Assembly (NCBI GenBank): GCA_016781485.1
Contig: JADDQH010000005.1
Location: 1-62,614 of the forward strand
DNA: 62,614 nucleotides
DNA from: Chloroflexota bacterium
GTDB taxonomy: Bacteria > Chloroflexota > Limnocylindria > Limnocylindrales > CSP1-4
Direction of reading: 5' to 3'
Both the position numbers and the translations under genes were made by a program. Below, in pieces: positions 44,596 to 53,732 of this stretch. The notes beneath the pieces are model-generated. The model was given only the letters and a program-made list of their open reading frames with translations. It made no database searches and was not told where the DNA came from. The first letter of the stretch is position 1, and every line of letters begins with the position of its first letter.

Positions 44596-45387
44596 ATGCC
44601 CGAGGTCTTGATCCTGGACGTGTCGGACGAGCGCACCTTCGCGCTGATCCCGCCGTGCGCGGACGCCAGGTTCGATCACCGGACGTGCGACTACTGGGAG
44701 GACGCGGACCGCGGCTCGAAGCTCCACCGACCGGCGTGGCTGGAGGCAAGGCAGACGCCACCGTCTCGGCCCCGGGAGGCGCTCTCCGACAACCCGTTCG
44801 CGCCACCCGAACGGTCCGCCTTGAACCCATTCGCCCCGCCTGTGAGCCGGCCCGCCTTCGACCCCTTCCTCAGCGGAGGCGACTCGGACGACGACGCCCC
44901 CTTCGGCATACCGGCTGACAACCCGTTTGCGCCCCGCCGGACCGTCGAGCGGCCGGCCACGAGCGGCATCCCCCGAAAGCTGGCGCTCCTCGACCGGGGA
45001 CGCGGCGTGTTCGGAAGCTACGCCAAGGTCCTGCTCGTCGACGGGGACCCGACGGCGTACACGCAGTTCGGGCCCCTGTCGGCGTACCCGCGAGCGCTCC
45101 GACTCCGCGAGCTGTACCCGCAGTTACCCGACGCTCCACTTCCCGCCGTCATCAGCTGTATCGCGACGACGGCGGACGGCCGGCGGCAGGGCCACGCCCT
45201 GCGGTTGGTCGAAGCCGTGTGCGACGACCTCGCCGAGCGAGGGTTCGCTGCCGTCGAGGCGTACCCTGACCTCACCCGATCCGAGGACGAGCAGAGCGGC
45301 GGACGGATCGGCCTCTGGGAGTCGGCCGGCTTCGCGACCGCCGTCGCCGACGAGCGCTTCCCGGTGATGCGCCGCGAACTGGGATAG
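44596..45387 (+). CDS. GNAT-family N-acetyltransferase with inserted NPF-repeat low-complexity segment
   Basis: C-terminal [22 protein letters not shown] is acetyl-CoA-binding-like. N-terminal CDYWED motif. Start placed at ATG 44596. Confidence 0.7.
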   Translation: MPEVLILDVSDERTFALIPPCADARFDHRTCDYWEDADRGSKLHRPAWLEARQTPPSRPREALSDNPFAPPERSALNPFAPPVSRPAFDPFLSGGDSDDDAPFGIPADNPFAPRRTVERPATSGIPRKLALLDRGRGVFGSYAKVLLVDGDPTAYTQFGPLSAYPRALRLRELYPQLPDAPLPAVISCIATTADGRRQGHALRLVEAVCDDLAERGFAAVEAYPDLTRSEDEQSGGRIGLWESAGFATAVADERFPVMRRELG

Positions 45388-45395
45388 GCGAGGGG

Positions 45396-47069
45396 ATGGC
45401 TGTCGTCGCCGCTCGCACCGTCCGCGCTCCTCGCGGCGCCGATCGGTCGTGCCGGGGTTGGGGCCAGGAGGCCGCGCTCCGGATGCTCATGAACAACCTT
45501 GACCCGGACGTGGCAGAGCGCCCCGAGGACCTCGTCGTCTACGGCGGCACCGGCAAGGCGGCTCGGAGCTGGCAGGCGTTCGACGCGATCGTCCGGGAGC
45601 TGAGGCGCCTGGGTGACGACGAGACGCTGCTCGTCCAGTCGGGCAAGCCGGTCGGCGTCTTCCGGACGCACCCGTGGTCGCCGCGCGTCCTCATCGCGAA
45701 CAGCAACCTCGTAGGCAAGTGGGCGAACTGGGAAACGTTCCGGGAGCTCGAGCGGCAGGGGCTGACGATGTTCGGGCAGATGACGGCGGGGTCGTGGATC
45801 TATATCGGGACCCAGGGGATCCTCCAGGGAACGTACGAGACGTTCGCCGAGCTGGCGCGCCAGCACTTCGGCGGCACGCTGCGCGGACGCGTGGTGCTGA
45901 CGGCGGGCCTCGGCGGGATGGGGGGCGCACAGCCGCTCGCGATCACCATGAACGAAGGCGTCGCGCTCGTGATCGAGGTGGACGAAGAGCGCGCCCGGCG
46001 GAGGCTCGACCTGGGCTATGTCGACCGCGCGACCGAGTCGGTCGATGAGGCGCTCGGGTGGGCCCGGGAGGCCGCGGGCGCTCGTCGGGCTGAGTCGATC
46101 GCGCTGGTCGGGAACGCTGCGGAGGTCGAGCCCGAGCTCGTGTCGCGAGGGGAGCGGTTCGATGCCGTCACCGACCAGACCTCGGCGCACGACGCGCTGA
46201 ACGGGTACGTGCCTGTCGGCCTGTCGGTGGACGAGGCGCGGGAGCTGCGCTCCGTCGACCCGGACGAGTACGTCGGGCGCTCGATGCGCTCGATGGCCGA
46301 CCAGGTCCGGGCGATGCTCGCCTTCCAGCGGCACGGTGCGGTCACGTTCGACTACGGCAACAACATCCGAGCCCAGGCTGAGGCGGCGGGGGTCGAGGAC
46401 GCATTCGCGTTCCCCGGGTTCGTCCCGGCCTTCATCCGCCCGCTGTTCTGTGAGGGCAAGGGCCCGTTCCGGTGGGCCGCCCTGTCAGGGGACCCGCAGG
46501 ACATCCACGTGACGGACCGGGCGATCCTCGAGCTCTTCCCGGAGGAAGAGGCGCTCGGGCGCTGGATCCGGATGGCGGAGGAGAGGGTCCCGTTCCAGGG
46601 GCTCCCGGCGCGGATCTGCTGGCTCGGCTACGGCGACCGTGCGAAGGCCGGGCTTCGCTTCAACGAGCTTGTCGCTTCCGGCGAGCTGACGGCTCCGATC
46701 GTCATCGGCCGCGACCACCTCGATGCGGGCTCGGTCGCCTCCCCCAACCGCGAGACCGAGGGGATGGCTGACCGTTCCGACGCGATCGCTGACTGGCCGC
46801 TCCTCAACGCGCTCGTGAACACCGCGGCCGGGGCGAGCTGGGTCAGCATCCATCACGGAGGCGGCACCGGGATCGGGTACTCGCAGCACGCGGGGATGGT
46901 CGTCGTCGCCGACGGCACGGAACTGGCCGCGGAGAAGCTCGAGCGTGTGCTCACGACGGACCCGGGCACCGGAGTGATGCGTCACGCAGACGCCGGCTAC
47001 GAACGCGCGATCGAGGTCGCCGGGGAGCGTGGCGTCCGCCTTCCGATGCTCGAGCACGGGGTCGAGTAG
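45396..47069 (+). CDS. hutU: urocanate hydratase
   Basis: [44 protein letters not shown]. 557 aa. Confidence 0.95.
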   Translation: MAVVAARTVRAPRGADRSCRGWGQEAALRMLMNNLDPDVAERPEDLVVYGGTGKAARSWQAFDAIVRELRRLGDDETLLVQSGKPVGVFRTHPWSPRVLIANSNLVGKWANWETFRELERQGLTMFGQMTAGSWIYIGTQGILQGTYETFAELARQHFGGTLRGRVVLTAGLGGMGGAQPLAITMNEGVALVIEVDEERARRRLDLGYVDRATESVDEALGWAREAAGARRAESIALVGNAAEVEPELVSRGERFDAVTDQTSAHDALNGYVPVGLSVDEARELRSVDPDEYVGRSMRSMADQVRAMLAFQRHGAVTFDYGNNIRAQAEAAGVEDAFAFPGFVPAFIRPLFCEGKGPFRWAALSGDPQDIHVTDRAILELFPEEEALGRWIRMAEERVPFQGLPARICWLGYGDRAKAGLRFNELVASGELTAPIVIGRDHLDAGSVASPNRETEGMADRSDAIADWPLLNALVNTAAGASWVSIHHGGGTGIGYSQHAGMVVVADGTELAAEKLERVLTTDPGTGVMRHADAGYERAIEVAGERGVRLPMLEHGVE

Positions 47070-47131
47070 GAAGAGAGCGGGGAGGGGATCGGGAGCACCC
47101 TCGGTCGTGTCGATCACGGAGTCGCCGAGGG

Positions 47132-48525
47132 CTAGCGGGACTCGTCGGGCGTCACGAGCGGCGGGCGATGGAGCGCGACGACACCCTCGTCGTCGGCGGC
47201 GAGCGCGTCTTCGAGGGTGTGCGGCTCCCCCACGACCGAGCCGTCTCGCGTCCCCTCTTCGAGGGGCTCCGGCATCCGCTGGAGCGAGCGAACCGGCGAG
47301 AACAGCACGGGCAGGAAGGCCAGGAGCGAGCCGATGGCGCCGATCCAGATCGTCGGGAGCAGCCCCAGTGTCGAACCCAGGATCCCACCGGCGACGGAGC
47401 CGATCGGGATCGTCCCCCAGACGATGAAGCGCATCGTCGCGTTCATCCGCCCCTGCATCCGCTCCGGGGTGATCGCCTGTCGAGGCTCACCTGGTTGATG
47501 TTGTAGACGGCCACGGAAAAGCCGAGGAGAGCACCGGAGGCGACGAGGAACGGGATCGGCGCGTCGCGCGGCGCGAGCGGGATCAGAAGCCCCGCCGGGC
47601 CGGACAGGAAGATCGATCCGATGATCGCCCGTCCGACGCCGACCGCGCCCGCGATCCGGTTCGCGAGGACGGCTCCGGCCAAAAACCCGACGTTGCCGAC
47701 AGCGAACACGATGCCGATCGTCCCCGGGTCGAGCCCGAGCTGTCGGACGAAGTAGACGAGCGCGATCGCGGTGACCATGTTCGAGAAGAAGTTGGAGGTG
47801 CCGGTCGCAGCCGCGATATTGCGCAGGTACGGGTGCCCGAGGACGTAGCGAAGCCCCTCGGCGACCTCCCGGCGCATCCCGCTGCGGGGCTGCCCCGCCT
47901 CGTCGTGTCTCCGGCTCGTGGCCTCCTCCGGGCCCCGGATGAGGAACACGAACAGCGCCGAGCCGATGAAACTGAGTGCGTCGACGAGGATCGCGAGTGG
48001 CGCGGTCACCAGCTCGACGAGCGCACCCGCGATGCCCGGTCCCGCGATCTGGGCGCCCGACCGGCTCACCTCGAGCTTCGAGTTGCCCTCGACGATGTCG
48101 TCACGATCGACGAGCGCCGGCAGGTACGACTGGTAGGCGACATCGAAGAAGACGGTGAGTGTCCCGGTCACGAACCCCACGATGTACAGCTGCCAGATCG
48201 AGAGAACGCCGAGCGCGTACGCGATCGGGATCGAGAGCAGCGCGGCGGCTCGTCCGATATCACCGACGATGAGGATCCGACGCCTCGGGAGTCGGTCGAC
48301 CCATACCCCGGCCGGCAGCGCGAACAACAGGAAGGGCAGGAACTCGATCGTGCCGAGCAGCGCGACCTCGAAGGCGCTCGCCTTCAGCACGAGGATGGCG
48401 GCGAGCGGCAAGCCGAGCGCGGTGACCTGCGACCCGAACTGGCTGATGGTCTCGGCTGTCCAGAGTTTCCGGAACTCCGGGTGGCGCCACAGCCCACCCC
48501 GTCGTGTCATGCCTACGCTGGTCAT
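47132..48525 (-). pseudogene. MFS (MFS_3/EntS-like) transporter with 1-nt frameshift near 47480-47485
   Basis: ORFs 47443-48525 and 47132-47458 are consecutive parts of one MFS protein. Restoring one nucleotide gives ...YNINQVSLRQAITPERMQGRMNATMRF..., a conserved MFS_3 motif. Confidence 0.85.
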
Positions 48526-48562
48526 TCCGAAGGCTGGTCCCGAGAAGAGAAGGACGAGCTAG

Positions 48563-49333
48563 CTAGCCGAGTGGCGCTGGCGCCGGTTCACGTCCCTCGG
48601 GCTTGGCGGCCGTCGGCAGCTTGTGGAACAGCCGTCCGTCGGCGTGGCCTGGGAGGACACGGATCAGGGCGGCGGGGCGCAGTCCCATCGAGCTGCGCCC
48701 TCGGGGGCCGTCGAGCGTGATCGAATCGCGCGCCGCTGACACCTCGATCACCGCAACCACGGTGCCGGGGACAAGACCGGAGCGCTCCAGGTACGCAAGC
48801 AGCTCCGCGTCTTCCTCCGCTTCCTCGGTGATCCGGTAGATCGTCACCTCGCTCCCCGGCTCGGCTTCGCTCAGCGGGAGACCGGCGGGGCGGCGACGGG
48901 CCGCCGCGGTGTCGATCGGATTCCCGTGCGGGCACGTCTCGGGCGTCCCGAGCAGCTCCGCGAGCCGGTCCTCGACGCGGGTCGACAGCGCTCCCTGAAG
49001 CCGCGCCGCCTCTTCATCGGACTCCGCCCACCCGAGGCCGATGACCTTTATGAGGAGCCACTCGAGCAGGGCGTGGCGGCGGAACACGTGGTCGGCCGCC
49101 GCTTGCCCGGCAGGCGTGAGTGAGAGTTCGCGGCCTTCCGAGAGCGTCACCAGCCCTTCCGCCGCGAGACGTCCCACCATCTCTGACGCTGCCTGTGTCG
49201 AAACCCCCAGGCGACGAGCGACGGCGGCGGTCATGGTGGGGACGCCGTCGGACGTCATGGAGCGGAGGGCGAGGAGGTACGCCTGCGCCGCCTCCGACGG
49301 TCCTCCATCCCCCTCGTGCACGCGTCTCGTCAT
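48563..49333 (-). CDS. DtxR/IdeR/MntR-family metal-dependent regulator with FeoA-like C-terminal domain
   Basis: AVARRLGVSTQAASEMVGRLAAEGLV HTH, RRHALLEWLL, CPHGNPI metal site, and an SH3-like tail. Confidence 0.9.
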   Translation of the reverse strand: MTRRVHEGDGGPSEAAQAYLLALRSMTSDGVPTMTAAVARRLGVSTQAASEMVGRLAAEGLVTLSEGRELSLTPAGQAAADHVFRRHALLEWLLIKVIGLGWAESDEEAARLQGALSTRVEDRLAELLGTPETCPHGNPIDTAAARRRPAGLPLSEAEPGSEVTIYRITEEAEEDAELLAYLERSGLVPGTVVAVIEVSAARDSITLDGPRGRSSMGLRPAALIRVLPGHADGRLFHKLPTAAKPEGREPAPAPLG

Positions 49334-49402
49334 CCTCGGATGGTACCGGCGGACCGCGCCTGCCGTTCCGGGTCACGCGTCCAGCAGTCGGCGGCGGCCC
49401 GC

Positions 49403-49416
49403 TCAGGCGAGCCTGA
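49403..49416. promoter_or_regulatory. candidate DtxR-family operator TCAGGC-GA-GCCTGA
   Basis: Perfect 6-bp inverted repeat between the divergent DtxR-family and FTR1 genes. Matches 11/19 positions of the IdeR box consensus TTAGGTTAGGCTAACCTAA. Confidence 0.35.
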
Positions 49417-49435
49417 CCAGCAGCCGTAGGCCTGC

Positions 49436-49465
49436 TTGACCCGTCGTTTCAGGGAGCCTTACAAT
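49436..49465 (+). promoter_or_regulatory. candidate promoter TTGACC-18-TACAAT
   Basis: Consensus-like hexamers about 100 nt upstream of the FTR1 gene. Confidence 0.5.
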
Positions 49466-49565
49466 CCGCGCTGCTCGCGCCGATCGTCCGGCGGCGAGGG
49501 CTGGGGCGAGGCGTCCCGAAGCGACGCCGCCTCGAAGACAAGAAGGACTCGATGAGAGGGACCAG

Positions 49566-50429
49566 ATGGATCTCGGCGCGCTGACAGCCGGTCTACTGAC
49601 CGGGCTGCGCGAGGGTGTCGAAGCGGCGTTGATCGTCAGCATCATCCTCGCTTACCTTGCGAAGACGGGGAACGGGCGCCACTTCCCGAAGATCTGGCTC
49701 GGCTCGGGCGCCGCGATCGTCCTCAGCGTCGTCGTCGGCGTCGTGCTCTTCCTGACCATCGGCGGGCTCGAGAGCCCGTACGAGGAGGCGTTCGAGGGGA
49801 CGGCGATGCTTCTTGCGGCCGGCGTCGTGACGTGGATGCTGTTCTGGATGCGACGGCAGGCCGCCGGGGTCAAGAGCGAGCTGCAGGGTGCCGTCGACCG
49901 CGTGCTGACTGAAGGGAGTCTGTGGGGTCTGGCGATCCTGGCGTTCGTCGCGATCATCCGCGAAGGGATCGAGACGTCCCTGTTCCTTGTCGCCCAGGTG
50001 AACCGCGCGGAGGCGGGCGGGGCCAGCGTGATCCTCGGCGCCGTCGTCGGCCTGCTGCTCGCAGTCGCGATCGGATACGCGTTCTACAGGGGGAGCCGCC
50101 GGCTCAACCTGGGCACCTTCTTCCGCTGGACGGGCGTGGCGCTCATCTTCATCGCCGCGGGCCTCCTGAGCCACGCGATCCACGAGTTCATCGAGATCGG
50201 CGTCATCACCGTCGGGACGCAGACGGCGTTCGACATCAGTGCGGTCCTGCCGCATGAAGAGGGCATCGGGCAGTTCCTCCGCGCGATCTTCGGCTACAGC
50301 TCGAGGCCGGAGATCCTTACGCTCGCGGTCTGGCTGGCGTACGTCGTTGTGGTCCTCGCCCTCTACCTCCGTCCGGTACGCCCCGCCGCACCCGTCCGGC
50401 GCGAGGCAGCGCCCGTTCCCGAGGCATAG
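49566..50429 (+). CDS. FTR1/EfeU-family high-affinity iron permease
   Basis: Two REGxE motifs (LREGVEAAL, IREGIETSL). Seven TM-like segments. Confidence 0.9.
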   Translation: MDLGALTAGLLTGLREGVEAALIVSIILAYLAKTGNGRHFPKIWLGSGAAIVLSVVVGVVLFLTIGGLESPYEEAFEGTAMLLAAGVVTWMLFWMRRQAAGVKSELQGAVDRVLTEGSLWGLAILAFVAIIREGIETSLFLVAQVNRAEAGGASVILGAVVGLLLAVAIGYAFYRGSRRLNLGTFFRWTGVALIFIAAGLLSHAIHEFIEIGVITVGTQTAFDISAVLPHEEGIGQFLRAIFGYSSRPEILTLAVWLAYVVVVLALYLRPVRPAAPVRREAAPVPEA

Positions 50430-50460
50430 CTCGGCGGGTCGACCGTCCGTCCGCAGACTC

Positions 50461-50490
50461 GAGGCCCGGCGATCATCGCCGGGCCTCGTT
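50461..50490 (+). terminator. terminator-like hairpin
   Basis: Perfect 12-bp stem GAGGCCCGGCGA / TCGCCGGGCCTC with a 3-nt loop, followed by GTT (weak U tract). Confidence 0.6.
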
Positions 50491-50567
50491 CATCCCGACC
50501 GCGGCGCGCCGATCCCGGCGCGGCTCCGCTCCGTACACTTCAGCGTCGAGCGGACGAGGAGGGACTC

Positions 50568-51557
50568 GTGGCGAGGCTGGTCGAGTGCGTGCCGAACTTC
50601 AGCGAGGGCAGGCGACCCGAGGTGGTCGACGCGCTCGCATCTGCCGTCAGTGAGACCCCTGATGCCGTCCTCCTCGACCGCACCTCCGATCCCGACCACA
50701 ACCGGAGCGTGCTGACGTTCGCCGGCCCGCCCGCTGCGGTCGCTGCAGCGATGGAGTCTGCATTCGCCGTCGCCGTCGGCCAGATCGACATGCAGCAGCA
50801 CGAGGGTCAGCACCCCCGGGTCGGTGCCGTCGATGTCGTGCCGTTCGTCCCGATCGGGGAGACGTCGATGGAGGAGTGCATCCGGCTCGCTCGCGAGTTC
50901 GGCGCGCGCGTCGCGGAGCGTTTCGACCTGCCCGTCTACCTGTACGCGCGCGCAGCGCTCCGGTCGGACCGCACCGTCCTCGCCGACATACGGCGGCCGC
51001 AGTACGAGGGCCTGACGCGCGAGATCTCCAAGTCCGGCAACGAGCCCGACTACGGCCCGCCCCGGGTACACCCACGTGCGGGTGCCGTCGCAGTCGGCGC
51101 CCGTCCCTTCCTGATCGCGTACAACATCAACCTCGAGAGCGAGGACCTCGACCTCGCGAAGCGCATCGCACACCGAGTCAGGGAGCGCTCCGGGGGGCTG
51201 CCACGCGTCCAGGCACTCGGGCTCTACCTGGAGGATCTCCGGTGCGCGCAGGTCTCGACGAATCTCCTCGATCACACCGTGACGCCGCTCTCGAGGGTCT
51301 GGGAGGCGGTCCGCGAGCTTGCCCGCGCGGACGGGGTGGAGGTGCGTGAGTCGGAGCTCGTCGGCCTCGCCCCGCTCCAGGCGCTCCTTGACGTCGCGGA
51401 CAGGTACGGGGTCGCGGTGGATGCCCCGGTCGAGGCCCGTTTGACCGCGGCTGCCGAGCTCCTCAGGATCCGGGATTTCGAACCGACGATGGCGCTGGAG
51501 CTTCGCCTCGCGGCGATGTCTTCGGTGCAGCAAGCGCCGAGCGGGGACCCTTCCTGA
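50568..51557 (+). CDS. glutamate formimidoyltransferase (FTCD N-terminal domain type)
   Basis: LVECVPNFSEGRR, HPRVGAVDVVPF and AVGARPFLIAYNINL motifs. Confidence 0.93.
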   Translation: MARLVECVPNFSEGRRPEVVDALASAVSETPDAVLLDRTSDPDHNRSVLTFAGPPAAVAAAMESAFAVAVGQIDMQQHEGQHPRVGAVDVVPFVPIGETSMEECIRLAREFGARVAERFDLPVYLYARAALRSDRTVLADIRRPQYEGLTREISKSGNEPDYGPPRVHPRAGAVAVGARPFLIAYNINLESEDLDLAKRIAHRVRERSGGLPRVQALGLYLEDLRCAQVSTNLLDHTVTPLSRVWEAVRELARADGVEVRESELVGLAPLQALLDVADRYGVAVDAPVEARLTAAAELLRIRDFEPTMALELRLAAMSSVQQAPSGDPS

Positions 51558-52894
51558 CCGCGGACCCCCCCGGCCTGCTCGTCGCGGGTGCTTCAGAGAT
51601 CGTGACGCTGGCGGGCGGAGTCCGTCGCGGGTCGAGCCAGGACGACCCCGCGGTGACGTCGTATCCGGCCGGTGACCCTGGTCGGGAGCTGCACACAGGA
51701 ACGATCGCCGTCTACGGAGGGCGGATCCTCGCGGTGGGTCGGCTCGAGGAGGTGAAGCGCGTCGTCGAGAGCTCCGGACTGGATGGCTCCGCGTTCGCGA
51801 CGGTCGACGCGGGGGGAGGCGTCGTGACGCCCGGACTGCTCGATCCGCACACCCACCTCCTGTTCGCGGGCGCCCGGGTTTCGGAGCTTCGACTCCGGCA
51901 GCGAGGCGCCGGCTACCTCGAGATCCTTGAGGCGGGGGGCGGGATCCTTTCGACGGTCGCGACGACGCGAGAGGCGACGATCGAGTCACTCGCGCAGCAC
52001 GGACGACGCTGGCTCGACGAGATGCTCGGACACGGTGTGACGACGTCCGAGGTGAAGTCCGGCTACGGGCTCGACACCGAGACGGAGCTCCGCCTCCTCG
52101 AGGTCACCGCACGCCTCGCGACCGAGGGACCGACCGAGCTCGTCCCGACCTTCCTCGGCGCGCACGCCGTCCCGCGGGAGTTCCGCGACCAGGTCGGTGG
52201 CACCGCGGCGTACGTCCGCACCGTGATCCGTGAGCAGCTGCCGGCGGTCGCCGCTCAGGGGGTCGCGAAGTTCTGCGACGTGTTCTGCGAGCGCGGCGTC
52301 TTCACGCCCGAGGAGTCACGAGCGATCCTCGAGGCAGGTCGACGGCTCGGGTTGGAACCCCGGCTGCACGCGGACGAGCTGGAGGCGTCAGGAGGAGCGG
52401 AGCTCGCCGCGGAGCTGAGAGCGGCGTCGGCAGACCATCTCGGAGCTGTGACCGACCGTGGCATCAACGCACTCGCCCGCGCCGCGGACGCGGGGGAAGC
52501 GGTGGTCGCGACACTCCTGCCCGCGACCACACTGTTCCTCATGAGCGACCGGTACGCGCCTGCGCGCACCCTCATCGATGCCGGAGTACCCGTAGCCCTC
52601 GGCACGGACTTCAACCCCGGGACATCGCCGGCGCCCAGCCTTCCGCTTGTGATGTCGCTCGGGTGCCTGAAGCTCAAGATGACACCGGCGGAGACGCTCG
52701 CTGCGGTCACCATCAATGCCGCTCGCGCCCTCCGTCTGGAAGAGACGCACGGCTCGCTCGAACCAGGCAAGCAGGCGGACCTCGTCATCTGGAACGTGGC
52801 GAGCCACGAGGAGATCCCCTACTGGCTCGGCGCCCGCCTCGTCAGGACGGTGATCAAGCAGGGACAGGTGGTGCGGGACGGTCGAGGCCTTTGA
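51554..52894 (+). CDS. hutI: imidazolonepropionase (probable CTG start)
   Basis: DPHTHLLFAG, VKSGYGL, HADE and GTDFNPG motifs. The conserved N-terminal strand GLLVAGASEIVTL precedes the first GTG (51602). CTG 51554 overlaps the upstream stop (CTGA), with GGGGA 6 nt upstream. Confidence 0.9.
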   Translation: MTADPPGLLVAGASEIVTLAGGVRRGSSQDDPAVTSYPAGDPGRELHTGTIAVYGGRILAVGRLEEVKRVVESSGLDGSAFATVDAGGGVVTPGLLDPHTHLLFAGARVSELRLRQRGAGYLEILEAGGGILSTVATTREATIESLAQHGRRWLDEMLGHGVTTSEVKSGYGLDTETELRLLEVTARLATEGPTELVPTFLGAHAVPREFRDQVGGTAAYVRTVIREQLPAVAAQGVAKFCDVFCERGVFTPEESRAILEAGRRLGLEPRLHADELEASGGAELAAELRAASADHLGAVTDRGINALARAADAGEAVVATLLPATTLFLMSDRYAPARTLIDAGVPVALGTDFNPGTSPAPSLPLVMSLGCLKLKMTPAETLAAVTINAARALRLEETHGSLEPGKQADLVIWNVASHEEIPYWLGARLVRTVIKQGQVVRDGRGL

Positions 52895-52901
52895 GGCCTG
52901 T

Positions 52902-53585
52902 TCAAGTCCGGCCTTTGGACTCGAGAAGCACCAGGGTCGTCTCGTGCGGCAACGAGCCGTGCGTCACCGCCAGCTTCGGCTGTGGGACGGCGCCCTGAGT
53001 CCCCATCTCGTGGATGAACCGGTCGAGCTCTGCCTTGGCCTCGGCGTTCTCGCCGACGGGCATCGGCACCACGAGTCGGGGATCGAGCTGCGCCACGAGC
53101 TCGGCGGCACGGGCGGCGGTCAGCGCCGATGCGATGGGCACGCAGACGACCTCGACCGTCCCGATCTCCCCGAGCATGTCCTGGGTCAGCAGGTGTCCGA
53201 TGTCTCCGAGGTGCACGGCATGCAGCCCGTCGAGCTCATACACGAACGCGACGTTGGAGCCGCGCTCGGCGCCCTTCACCTCGTCGCGGAACGTACGGAC
53301 ACCGGTCACGAGCACGTCGTGCACCTCATACTCGCCGGGCCCCTCAAGGGCGAACGCCGGCTCGAGGCTCGTCGGGCGCGTTATCCCGGACCCGTTCGTC
53401 GAAGCACCCCTCGCCCTGCCAGCCGCCGACCCCGCTCCAGTCGGCTCGGCATGGCTGTACGTCACGATGTCCGCCGTCAGGCCGCGCCCGGTCGGTCCCA
53501 CGACGGAACGGTAGCCGTCAGCGACCACCGTCCCCTCCCTGCCACGGAGCCGTAGGCATCGATCGCCGAACCAGGTGATCTCCAT
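52902..53585 (-). CDS. MBL-fold metallo-hydrolase
   Basis: MEITWFGDRCLRLRG ... ADIVTYSHAE ... VHLGDIGH. Resembles the beta-lactamase-fold Zn hydrolase family (UPF0173-like). Confidence 0.8.
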   Translation of the reverse strand: MEITWFGDRCLRLRGREGTVVADGYRSVVGPTGRGLTADIVTYSHAEPTGAGSAAGRARGASTNGSGITRPTSLEPAFALEGPGEYEVHDVLVTGVRTFRDEVKGAERGSNVAFVYELDGLHAVHLGDIGHLLTQDMLGEIGTVEVVCVPIASALTAARAAELVAQLDPRLVVPMPVGENAEAKAELDRFIHEMGTQGAVPQPKLAVTHGSLPHETTLVLLESKGRT

Positions 53586-53611
53586 GGTCCGATTGTGACA
53601 GCGGGAAAAGG

Positions 53612-53646
53612 AACGGGGGGCGCCTGCCCAATCGGCGCCCCCCGTT
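53612..53646 (-). terminator. terminator-like hairpin in a divergent intergenic region
   Basis: Perfect 13-bp stem AACGGGGGGCGCC / GGCGCCCCCCGTT with a 9-nt loop. On the minus strand it is followed by CCTTTTCCC, about 25 nt upstream of the MBL gene ATG. Confidence 0.45.
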
Positions 53647-53732
53647 CGAGGGAGGGAGAGGGAACAAGAAGTCGGTTCGTGTTCCCTTGACCCCAGACGC
53701 TACTCGCCGTTGGTTGCGACACCAGCGGCGAG

